From NCBI GenBank assembly GCA_905178155.1, contig CAJINV010000003.1, forward strand, positions 7,266,372-7,330,371: a DNA stretch of 64,000 bases. The letters are read 5' to 3'. Below, piece after piece: positions 47,306 to 56,690 of this stretch. The notes under the pieces were generated by a model. That model did not search any database. It worked only from the letters and a program-made list of their open reading frames with translations, and was not told where the DNA came from. Position numbers and translations under genes: made by a program. Each line of letters begins with the position of its first letter. Position 1 is the stretch's first letter. The stretch is from Amoebophrya sp. A120. Its lineage: Eukaryota > Protista > Dinoflagellata.

Positions 47306-48293
47306 TCAGTTTTGCTTCTTTGCCATGGAGTCAAGAACTTCCTTCAAGCCACCAGGCTGGAAGCCGCGAAACTGCTGAATCTCCTTCCCATCCTTGTACA
47401 CTTTGAACGTTGGCATCGACTTGATGTCCGCTCGGAAAGCTACTTCTTTGGCCTGATCAACATCAACTTTTGCAAACTTCCACCCCTTCTCGTCATATTC
47501 TTCTGACAACTTCCCGTAAGGAACTGCGCACATTCGACAGGGTGGACACCACGTGGCGTAAAAGTCTACGACAACCTGGATGCGTTGTATTTGAGTGCAA
47601 ACTAAAACTTCTATCTTTTTGTTTTTCATTTTCAATGAAATATGAATATGATCATGGACACACCCTCTCCGTGCACGTGCTGCGAAGTACCACATTCTCT
47701 TCCAAAAAGAGCACATCATGACCTACGTTAATTCATGAAAAAGTTTCATCTTCGTAGTACCTGGTTGTTTTCCTTCAGGAATGCGCTCCACTGGCCGACG
47801 CTCTCGATGCTTGTTATCTTATGGTTTTCGTACACTGGGAACGGCCCTCTATTCGTGATACGACTCATCACCTGCGACACCAGAGATATGCAATACGAGA
47901 ATCGCGCCCCCGCCGTCCCTACATTGTTTGTTAGTCTTCCTTGCAAAAAGATATTTCGCACAACCGCACAGTCCCTGGAAGTGCGAAGTTTGTCTGTGCA
48001 ACTCCGGTTGCAAATGTGTTGGTCCAGGATAAACTCTTACTCATGCGCTTCGACCCGCGTGTATGTGTAATATCTGAATTCATGATAGATTGCAGCTCTT
48101 GTTTTCCAGGACCACAAGCACAACACGACAAGAAAATCATTCCTAAAATGCAAAATTTGAACAATGAAAAATGAAAATTTGAAGCCGGCGGGGGCGACGC
48201 GTAGCTGTATTGCATAACGATCCAGCCCAAGATTAGCAAATACCACTTATATTCGGACATAAAGTCCAACACCATGAAAAGGACGTCCATCAT
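47306..48293 (-). CDS. Thioredoxin with N-terminal membrane anchor (WCPPC active site), 3 exons, about 151 aa
   Basis: Exons 48293-48219, 47871-47761, 47575-47306, all joined by GT-AG phase-0 introns. VVVDFYATWCPPCR...FAKVDVD...IKSMPTF..YKDGK is the thioredoxin fold. Confidence 0.88.
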
Positions 48294-48689
48294 TCTGTCG
48301 CGCTGCGGTCGTTAGAGCCAAGATGAACGGGTTCTACGCTGTGACACTGGCACTGCAGCAGCTGGGAGATAGCCACTATTCACCTTTGGCTTTGCCGCGG
48401 CGCGTCCAGCTCCTGAGCTGTTATTGCACTGCGCAAGCACAAGGTACTTCAAGTATTGATTCTACTTCTTGTCGATAAAACAAAAACACCGACCCACCGC
48501 TGGTACAACCCATGTACTTAAATATACTGTTGCTTTTAAATCTTATGTGCGGGGAAACCTTCGTAATCTGTATCTCCGCTTTGGTCCCTACCACGACACC
48601 AGCGATGGCCTGTTCTACTGGTCTAGGGGGGCTAGGCCATGACGCTTGCAATTTGCAACAACAATTTGTGTACGTCTGAAACACCAATG

Positions 48690-49172
48690 TGCTTTTTAAG
48701 GTGACCTTGTTCTAGATCTTCTGATCAGTGTTGTCTTTCGTGAACTTACACTCGAATCTCGAGGCTGACGCTGTTGTTCACACGAAGTGAATGCGGGGAG
48801 AAGAACAGGACTTCAGGTGCGTGAAGGAGATACTTCACGCAGTCGAAGGCTCATTCAGTTTTTGTGATTCTTTGTTCGAAACTCTTTAACAGAGTGCTAC
48901 TCAATAATAGTGGCTTGAGCCACGATAGTCACACGGGTTCATTGGGAAGGAGTTGATGTTGATGTTGATTGAAACAGAGAAAACACTCAAAGAAGCAAAC
49001 AACGATTTGTATTGCATTTCTCTCGAGCAGATAAAAGTTTACATGAAGAAAAGCTTCCGAGTTTTGATTCTCATAAAACAATTGTCCGACTTTTATCTCT
49101 CGATCACTCGAACTTCGATTTCAGTTCTCTCCCGACAACACTGATTTGAAGATGCTATAACACATATTCACA
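48690..49172 (-). repeat. 3' LTR (483 bp)
   Basis: tgctttttaagg...cacatattcaca; 5 substitutions relative to 60072-60554 by manual comparison (about 99% identical). Confidence 0.95.
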
Positions 49173-49790
49173 GTGGCCGGGGGGCGGTGAGAAAAGAAAA
49201 AGAAGACGAGTGATCCTCCATCCTTCCTGCTCCACGTATTTCCAATCGTGACTGCTTTCCACCAGTGAAACTGAGTTCCAGCTAAATCGTTATCGTCACG
49301 AAGAAAAGTTGCGTCAACTCTCGCTGATCGCCGGATTGAAACAGGTTTCGCGCTTCGTTCCTTTCCACAGGTAACCTTAGTGAACGACGGAACCAAACAC
49401 CCGCTTCGGTTAGAGGTAGGTCCTTTGTAGTTCAAAATCCCAAAATTTCTGGAAAGGCAAAATCGCAAAAGACGCGCACCGGGGACAGAAAATCCTGGCA
49501 CGGTTGCAAAAGAAGTTCTCGGTCAAAAAGAAGACAAACAGGTAGTCGTGCATTTTCTGGATCCTGTCGTCAGAGAAAACGAAACTGATTTCCGGTCCGC
49601 GTGGTAGAGAAAGTTGTCTGAAAAGCGCGGGACTCGGTATTCCAAATGCGTAGCTCGAAACGTTCTTGATCGTACACCACCGTAGACAAAACTGCTGATT
49701 GATATTTGCGGCGGACGAGAAACAGCGGGTCGTTCATTTTTCGTGAGAAATAAAATTTTCATCATACACGTTGTTCAAAATCTTCGATCG

Positions 49791-52700
49791 TTAGATTTCA
49801 GTTTCACTTGGTTTCAACGGCTTTTCCCAGCGGTAGGTACGCTGGAAAACGTACATTTGTCCCAGCGGCATCTGCAGAGAACCGGCAAGCAGCGCGAGGA
49901 ACTCCTGGAGCTTGTGACCCTTGGGGACTTTGGTCAAACAGTCTCCCGGATTCGAAAAATCCGTCACACTTCCAAGTTCCCAACTGCTTCGGAAGTACCA
50001 GTCCTTGCACTTTGCAAGCGGCTTAAAAACTTCCGCGTCGGAGTTGCTGATCACCGACTTGGACATAATCCTGCTGATCGCGCTTTTGGAATCAGACAGG
50101 ATGCAACTCTCCACCTCGAGCTGCCATCGTTGGTACTTCTGCAGGATCATCTCCAACACGGGGATACATTCCGCAAGGACTTCCAACTCCGCGGAGTACG
50201 AACTTCCCTTGACGCCGGAACAGAAAATCGTGTCACTACCGAGGTAGGAGCAACGAATGTGAAACAACTCGAGAGCATCGCACTCTTTGAGTGTCATAAC
50301 GCGTCTCGCCTGTTTCTGTTTCTTCAGGTACTTCTGGAAGTCGTCTTTCGACACGGAGACCACAACGAAGCCTAGTACTGGTCGCATTCGAAGTGCGCTG
50401 GCTGCGGTCGAGTCGTTCTCGTTAGTCGGGATGGCCAGAGCAGAGAAACGTTTTCGCTCACGGCGCGCCGTTTCCGACTTCTGGGAGACAACTTGTGCTT
50501 CTTCAAACGTGAACTGGGAAATTCCACCGGACTTGAAGTCAGCAGCAGCACTTCGGCGAAGGTCAATTTCGCCAGGTGCGTACACTTCCACGCCCTGGAA
50601 ATCACGCACTGCGTCCAACACGTCCTCACAGGCTTGTGCCTCCTCAACGGCGGAAGGAAACTGATAGCTGGCATCCGGGAACATGACGATCATCTCGTCA
50701 GTGTAGGACAAGTCGAACTTGACTCCGGACGTTTGCTGCTTCAGTCGCGAAACGATAGACCCGTGGGCTTCAAGCCACCGACGGTCCTTCAATTCGTCCT
50801 TTCCCAGCGCAAGAGCACGAGTGGGGAACTTCGCTTCGATATGGCGACGGCACAGAAACAATAGGGAGCCGCGAATGGCCTTCAGCTTGGACACCTCCTT
50901 CTCGTCCAGCACTTGTTTCTCATCGCCATCGAACTTCACATCGGCCGCATCCAACTCGGCGATCTTGTGGCTCATGTTGGTGTCGATGCAGTTGCCGTCT
51001 TCGTCGTATTTGATGTAGATGCCCGTATATATCAACCCATCTCGTGCGTCAGACCACGCTTCGAGTTGAAAACGGTCTTTCATCTGTCGCGAGAAGTCTG
51101 CGAAGTCCTCCTCACTGCCGGCGAAGAGGAGATCATCGACGTGCAAGCACGCCTTCGAGTGACCTTTCACGAAGCAGCATGGTGATTCTGGCGTGGACCG
51201 ATACCCGATGGATTCGAGGAACTGGCTGATGGTTCGAAACCAAAGCAAAGCCGCTTCCCGTAATCCGTATAAACTGATGTTCATACAGATTATAGTCGAC
51301 TTGTCAATCCCAAAATTGGATTTTAGCGCTGTCAACACATCGTTTTGCACGATGTTCGCCGGGAAGGTGAACTTCGGACGGTTCTCCAGTCGAAACCTCA
51401 GGTTGCGTAAAAACGCCCGCGGAACGTCGCCGCTTTTCACCACGCGTCGTCCGCGAACATGACGGAGCGAGTTCAAAATCAGGTTGATATCATACTCGCC
51501 CACCGTAGGACTTTCTGCTGTCGCTGAAACTGAACTGCGGTGTCCGCCGGGTACGACCCGAATAGCGACCTTAAAGTGGAACGGTGTAACCAACTTTAAG
51601 TCACATATTGCTCTGCCGGGAAGTACGCGCTCGGAGGAGCACAGCATGCCGGGACGATAGATCTCGACTAGCCCGTCGTCAAACATGCTTTTCCACTCTT
51701 TCAGATGCGCGGCGACAAGAAGCTTCGGGATGTTGAGACCAGTAGGCGACTCGACAAACGAGTGATCGCAATCCGGCCACTTCATGGCGGCTACCAGTTT
51801 CTTCACGACCTCGATGTGCTTTGCAACTTTCGGGTCGAATATGGAAATTAGTCCAAGCTCCTCGTAGCTCTTCAGCGGCAACAGCTTCCAGTAGACCAGA
51901 CGCAACACTTTTCCTTTTCCATGCTTTTCCCATTCTTCCTTGCTGTGCACGAAGCGCACTGTGTTCTTGTTCCACACCAGAAGGTGATCCGACTGCAGCT
52001 GGGGGTGTGACAAACCCGCACGAGCTTCCTCAGGAAGATATTCGTCCAGCAGCTCAATGGATTTCGGAACAATTTTCACGCCGTCGCACGAAGGAAAAAG
52101 TGCGTGCTCGAGAAGGCCGCACAACAGGTCTTCTTCTTTTACAACGCCCGCAGGGGTCCGCGACATTAGCTTGTCGAGGGCGCGTCGGTTCGGTCGACTT
52201 GGCAGCTTCATGAATTCGTGCATCTCTTTGAATTCAGCCGGGATTTCTTCAGGCTCGCTGTCTCCTGGTTCTCCCGGTTCGTCATCGACCAAACGTTTCC
52301 ACTCGGTATTCCTTTCCAACCGAGTTTCCAGATTTGCGTGGACAAATTCTGTGATATCTTCAAACAGCGGGTCGTCGACCGAGGAAGCAGCAGCAGCGCC
52401 AATCTGCTCATTTGGATCCTCCACAGCCTCCTTCTCATCGTCGGAAAGCTGGATGTCGTCGTCCTTGTTGATGTTGATATCTCCGATGTCGTCTTTCAGA
52501 AATTCGAATTCAAGATCCTCATCCTCCAGCTGAAGACCATCAGCAGCTACTTGTTTTTGCTTTTTCGAATTTTCTTTGACGTCTTCGGTCCCCGCCCGGG
52601 GGGCTAAAACAAAGAAAGGCGAACCCCCGTCATGGGTAGCTACCCTTGCGGGCTGCATTAACTCAGACTCGTACTCTTTACGGTCAGCAAGGTATTGTTG

Positions 52701-55700
52701 TTGTGCCTCGTGGAGTTTTCCACCCTTCTTGTAGTCCAGCTCGGAAACAGGCTGCAAATTGAACGGAATGCCCAATAGACGATCGAAATCGACGATAGGA
52801 GAGAGAAGATTGGGACTCACGCGGCTAATTCCTCGCTTTCCCTGCACCACGAAGGTAAAACCGGCTGCACCTTTGTTCATCTCCTTGCCGATTATGCGCA
52901 CCACGGTGTCGGTTTTCGACTTAGGTTCGTACTTATTTACCAGCTCGCCGATTTCAAAATCGCTGTCGTTCTCCAACCGAATTCTAGCCCGGCAGTTAGC
53001 CAAAATCTTCTCGACAGCGTCGATAAAAGACTTTTCAGTGACCATCTGCAGCGTTTCGGACCAGATCCTGGCACGAGCTTGATGTAGGCGGTGCATGTTG
53101 TACTCGGTGGCATTGGCGTCCAGGGACGACGCCGCTTCGTCGTCTGGGTGGACCACCATGTCAACTGCACTTTCCTCTACGCCCCAGAATTCCATTGCAA
53201 AAGTCCTCCCCTTCTTCGCCACGCAAGGGAGATTGCTCAGGACTTCATGGATTTCCGACAGGAGAATTTCTAGTGGCATTCGCGCGAACGCCGGGATGCG
53301 CCGGAGACGTTTATGAAGACTTTTCATCGTCAAAAATCTTCTCTCCAGCTGGTAGACCGGGGCGCCGGTGGGGAGAATGCAGATTTCTCGCCCAGTTTTC
53401 ACCAAACTCACCCAGTCTTCCATCCCTAGATTTTCTCCGCCTGCGTCAGCGTAGATCTTTCTCCTCACCAGTTTGTGTTGCAAGAAGAAATAAATCGCCC
53501 GCATCACGTCGTCTTGTGATGGAGACCCGCGACCTTGTAACAAACGCTGACCAAGACCCTGGTGGAGCTGCATCATGATGCCCTTCGTGAGGTCGTCCTT
53601 TTCCTCATCCGTGAACGACATCCCCTGCATCATTCTGCTCAACTTCCATTTTGTGCCGGCAACAAATGAGCCACTACGACGATCAGGCAAACTGAGAATG
53701 CCGATTACAGCGTAAATGACATCATTTTCGGTAATGAAAGTAGTGTCCAGCAAACTCACACCACCACTCATCGCCGCCGCGCACGGGTCAAAAGCCTGCA
53801 AAGACTTATTGCGCTTTTTCAGCCCGTAGTGAAGTCCCGCCATGGAATCCCGTCGTACGAGACGAACGAGTTCGAGCAGAGTCTCCTCCGGTATTTTCTT
53901 CAACCGGCCCCGACACTGCTCCAGGCAGTCCTTCTCGCTTACTATTTTCCCCGAGTGCACCAACACCTCCTGCACTGCTCGCAGCTTCCGTCGCGTCTCT
54001 TCCGGAACTAGCTGGCACGGAGAAATAGTAGCGTCTACTCGTAGGCGCTCCTCAGGACTGTATCGGATTGCATGTCCGGTGGGCAACAGGGTAAGGTCGT
54101 GGACAAACAGCTCTTTCGCGGCGCTACCATGGTAAACCAGGTTTGCCGATCCGGCTGATTTCAAACGCTCCCCAATCGCCACTGCCATGCCAGTCCCGGC
54201 GTCGTCGATCAGAATTAACTTTTTCTGATGATCCTCACGCATGTCCTTCACGAGTCTCGAGATAAACTTCTTCGGAATCGCATCAATCATTTCGTCAGAA
54301 AAGCCAGTCATGGTTCGCTTCGAGTCCATGTTGGTCTGCAGATGCGGTTTTCCCTGAAGTAGCTCTTGTATCTCCTCCTCTTCCTGCACTCGCACGCGGC
54401 GACCGAAGAGTTTCATCGTGGGCGGCAAATCATTGATGTCGCGACAGGTATAGATGCGCACCTTGTCAAGATGCCCTGGTACTTTCAAGCGGTGACTGGG
54501 ATTTTCATCTCCCTGCTTTTCCCGATGGTACCCGGATTTTAGCAGACCTTTTCCGATCTCGCCGCACTGCATCTTGCCGCGAACAATCTTTGCCCGCTCG
54601 TGGGAATCCGACGACAAACGCCCGCGCAGCTTGAAAGCACGCGTCCTTTCGGCTATTGTTTGTTGGTTTGCAGCGTCGTCAGCTATGTGATAATAGTAGT
54701 CAATCGAGACGTAGCGACGATGACCATCAACAGGTAGTTCCTCCCACGCGTTGTTGGTTTTCGCCCAGCTGTTCACCACATCTGGTAGTAGCCGCTTTTG
54801 ATTTTGTACATCAACTACTCGGCGCAGACGAATCCTATCTTTGAGGAACTCCGGGGTGGGTGGCAACTTTTCGATGTCGTAGTCAAGCACGCGCAGTACC
54901 GCGTAACTTCCAACATCCCCGCTGCGTTTCAGCGACTCCTCGCTTACTTCCCAGTACGCCTCTTCCTGAAATTCTTCAAATTCTTGTCGAGCGTACCACT
55001 GGTTTCGCGGAGCAGCACTGGAGCTTGAGCCTCCTCCGTGCTGAGTAGGACCAGCAGTTTCACAACCGCCACACAGTCCTTGCTCGACGATATCAACCAG
55101 CACACGCGCGTGGCATTCTTCCGGGCTGCACCAGCACCCCAAATTCTTTCCGGAAAGCTCGAGCATCGCTTCGACATCTAATCCCTCTCGAGTCAGATGT
55201 TGACGATAAAGGTGGCAAACTTCCTTCCTCGTACCTGCATCACGACCTACCCGGAACGGATTTCCGTATTTGGATGGCCGACCAACGTACACGTTACGGA
55301 GCGGATCCATCGCAATCCAGCGTCGGATACTGCTCTGGTCTTTCCAGTGACATCCTTCGTTGTAGAGGTTGACCACTGTCGGCTTGGCGTACACGTCAGC
55401 TGGCGTTGGTCCGGTACTGTCGATGCATCGAAGCTTTTCTCTTTCCAGTTGCTTGGCAGCGGCAACGAACTCCTCCTCTGCCCGCGAATCGTACTCGACG
55501 ACTCGATGTGCAACTTCGCCTTCTGCTGGAAAGTCTTTTGATGGAAGAGCAGCGCTTTGCTTGACAAATTTGCGATAGTCCCCGATCGTCAGATCGTCGT
55601 AATCGTACCGCAGTGGAAGTTGTCCCTTCGTCTTAATCTTAGACGAGAACACCGGACGCAGCCACTGGTCTGCTGGGACTCGCTTTTGGATTTCGCGAAG

Positions 55701-56690
55701 TAGTTGAAAATCGTCTCGGTTTAAGTCGAAGACGGATTTGTAGATTTGATTTTTCCCTTCAAAATCCACCACCTTCGCGCCGTTGTGCCCGCGGATCATC
55801 AGCGGAACACCGGGCTCGTTGACCGAAGTCAGAAAGCACTTGTCTCGTAGTTTCAGTCCAAGTAGGTTCGGACCCGAGTCGGTAATAGTAGCCCGCTCGA
55901 ATCCGATGCAATAAAGTTCGTCATTTACATCGGTGATTTTGTAAGGTAGAACAATTCTCTTGATAATTTTTCGTTTGCTACCGCCTATTCCGGAGGCTTT
56001 ATCTCCGTCAGCGGATTCTTCGGGAGTTTCAACACCGTGTTCGTTTGCACGGCGCGCACTGCTGGATCCCGTTTCTTCAGTCAAATACAAGTTCTGGCTG
56101 TACCCGTCGTCAAGCTGGACGGTATGAATTTCGGTGGTGAAGAGCACGTCCTCGACGCCGGTAGTTAGGCGAGTCGTGAAGCCCGATAACTTCATACTTT
56201 CATAAATTTTACTTGCTGTATTCTCGGAATTGCCGGTAGTGCTCGGCTTCAAAAGAGGTAGTGATGATTGTTCTTCTTCTGGAATTCGCGAAAGAAGAAC
56301 TTCTGGCATCGAGAGACCCATCACCTCGTCAACCACATCGTGCACAGAGAAACTTGTTGGCTCGAGGGATGTAGAAGAGAAATTTGCACGGCTCAGTGCG
56401 GTTGACACAAAGTCAGGAAAATCAAGCTCAGCAACATCTTGTCGATCAGAAACTGGAGCCACCTCTTCCGGTTTCGGACCTAAATCCAAAGTTTCGTTTT
56501 TACTACTCGGCGAGTTTTCGTTGGGATTCCGGGCCCCTAGGCTTGGAAACCATCCTCGCACGGGAAGCAGATGTCGCTTTCCTCCTCGGTGACGAAAACT
56601 TCGCAGTTGCAAAAGCACGCGTCTTGCTCCCGCACCGGATCCTCTTCGGTCAGGATAAAACACCGCTCTTGATCCTTGTTGCTGATGCAC
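49791..56690 (-). CDS. pol: Pol polyprotein: aspartic protease, DUF4326, DDE integrase, Copia-type RT (RVT_2), RNase H
   Basis: Protease LDDGYS (~56110) ...NLLG; DUF4326 55085-55385; integrase LLDTTF (53745), YADAGGEN (53445), QLERRF (53343); RT GDVPRAFL, SLYGLREA..LW, LHVDDLL (~51140); RNase H PDASY, SSYSAE, SDSKS, NPGDCLTK. Confidence 0.92.
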   Translation of the reverse strand: MHQQQGSRAVFYPDRRGSGAGARRVLLQLRSFRHRGGKRHLLPVRGWFPSLGARNPNENSPSSKNETLDLGPKPEEVAPVSDRQDVAELDFPDFVSTALSRANFSSTSLEPTSFSVHDVVDEVMGLSMPEVLLSRIPEEEQSSLPLLKPSTTGNSENTASKIYESMKLSGFTTRLTTGVEDVLFTTEIHTVQLDDGYSQNLYLTEETGSSSARRANEHGVETPEESADGDKASGIGGSKRKIIKRIVLPYKITDVNDELYCIGFERATITDSGPNLLGLKLRDKCFLTSVNEPGVPLMIRGHNGAKVVDFEGKNQIYKSVFDLNRDDFQLLREIQKRVPADQWLRPVFSSKIKTKGQLPLRYDYDDLTIGDYRKFVKQSAALPSKDFPAEGEVAHRVVEYDSRAEEEFVAAAKQLEREKLRCIDSTGPTPADVYAKPTVVNLYNEGCHWKDQSSIRRWIAMDPLRNVYVGRPSKYGNPFRVGRDAGTRKEVCHLYRQHLTREGLDVEAMLELSGKNLGCWCSPEECHARVLVDIVEQGLCGGCETAGPTQHGGGSSSSAAPRNQWYARQEFEEFQEEAYWEVSEESLKRSGDVGSYAVLRVLDYDIEKLPPTPEFLKDRIRLRRVVDVQNQKRLLPDVVNSWAKTNNAWEELPVDGHRRYVSIDYYYHIADDAANQQTIAERTRAFKLRGRLSSDSHERAKIVRGKMQCGEIGKGLLKSGYHREKQGDENPSHRLKVPGHLDKVRIYTCRDINDLPPTMKLFGRRVRVQEEEEIQELLQGKPHLQTNMDSKRTMTGFSDEMIDAIPKKFISRLVKDMREDHQKKLILIDDAGTGMAVAIGERLKSAGSANLVYHGSAAKELFVHDLTLLPTGHAIRYSPEERLRVDATISPCQLVPEETRRKLRAVQEVLVHSGKIVSEKDCLEQCRGRLKKIPEETLLELVRLVRRDSMAGLHYGLKKRNKSLQAFDPCAAAMSGGVSLLDTTFITENDVIYAVIGILSLPDRRSGSFVAGTKWKLSRMMQGMSFTDEEKDDLTKGIMMQLHQGLGQRLLQGRGSPSQDDVMRAIYFFLQHKLVRRKIYADAGGENLGMEDWVSLVKTGREICILPTGAPVYQLERRFLTMKSLHKRLRRIPAFARMPLEILLSEIHEVLSNLPCVAKKGRTFAMEFWGVEESAVDMVVHPDDEAASSLDANATEYNMHRLHQARARIWSETLQMVTEKSFIDAVEKILANCRARIRLENDSDFEIGELVNKYEPKSKTDTVVRIIGKEMNKGAAGFTFVVQGKRGISRVSPNLLSPIVDFDRLLGIPFNLQPVSELDYKKGGKLHEAQQQYLADRKEYESELMQPARVATHDGGSPFFVLAPRAGTEDVKENSKKQKQVAADGLQLEDEDLEFEFLKDDIGDININKDDDIQLSDDEKEAVEDPNEQIGAAAASSVDDPLFEDITEFVHANLETRLERNTEWKRLVDDEPGEPGDSEPEEIPAEFKEMHEFMKLPSRPNRRALDKLMSRTPAGVVKEEDLLCGLLEHALFPSCDGVKIVPKSIELLDEYLPEEARAGLSHPQLQSDHLLVWNKNTVRFVHSKEEWEKHGKGKVLRLVYWKLLPLKSYEELGLISIFDPKVAKHIEVVKKLVAAMKWPDCDHSFVESPTGLNIPKLLVAAHLKEWKSMFDDGLVEIYRPGMLCSSERVLPGRAICDLKLVTPFHFKVAIRVVPGGHRSSVSATAESPTVGEYDINLILNSLRHVRGRRVVKSGDVPRAFLRNLRFRLENRPKFTFPANIVQNDVLTALKSNFGIDKSTIICMNISLYGLREAALLWFRTISQFLESIGYRSTPESPCCFVKGHSKACLHVDDLLFAGSEEDFADFSRQMKDRFQLEAWSDARDGLIYTGIYIKYDEDGNCIDTNMSHKIAELDAADVKFDGDEKQVLDEKEVSKLKAIRGSLLFLCRRHIEAKFPTRALALGKDELKDRRWLEAHGSIVSRLKQQTSGVKFDLSYTDEMIVMFPDASYQFPSAVEEAQACEDVLDAVRDFQGVEVYAPGEIDLRRSAAADFKSGGISQFTFEEAQVVSQKSETARRERKRFSALAIPTNENDSTAASALRMRPVLGFVVVSVSKDDFQKYLKKQKQARRVMTLKECDALELFHIRCSYLGSDTIFCSGVKGSSYSAELEVLAECIPVLEMILQKYQRWQLEVESCILSDSKSAISRIMSKSVISNSDAEVFKPLAKCKDWYFRSSWELGSVTDFSNPGDCLTKVPKGHKLQEFLALLAGSLQMPLGQMYVFQRTYRWEKPLKPSETEI
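55085..55385 (-). other. DUF4326 (PF14216)-like domain embedded in pol
   Basis: PTVVNL...VYVGRPSKYGNPFRVG..GTRKEVC..YR.....L.ELSGKNLGCWCSPEECHARVL matches the family hallmarks YIGRxSxWGNPF and GKxLGCWCxPxxCH. Confidence 0.85.

Noticed and set aside
48953-49765. ORFs in the LTR (63 aa, duplicated at 60335) and in the pol-LTR spacer (126 and 80 aa) as env-like genes
   Set aside because: Short, with non-ATG starts and no signal or fusion features; the duplication simply reflects the LTRs.
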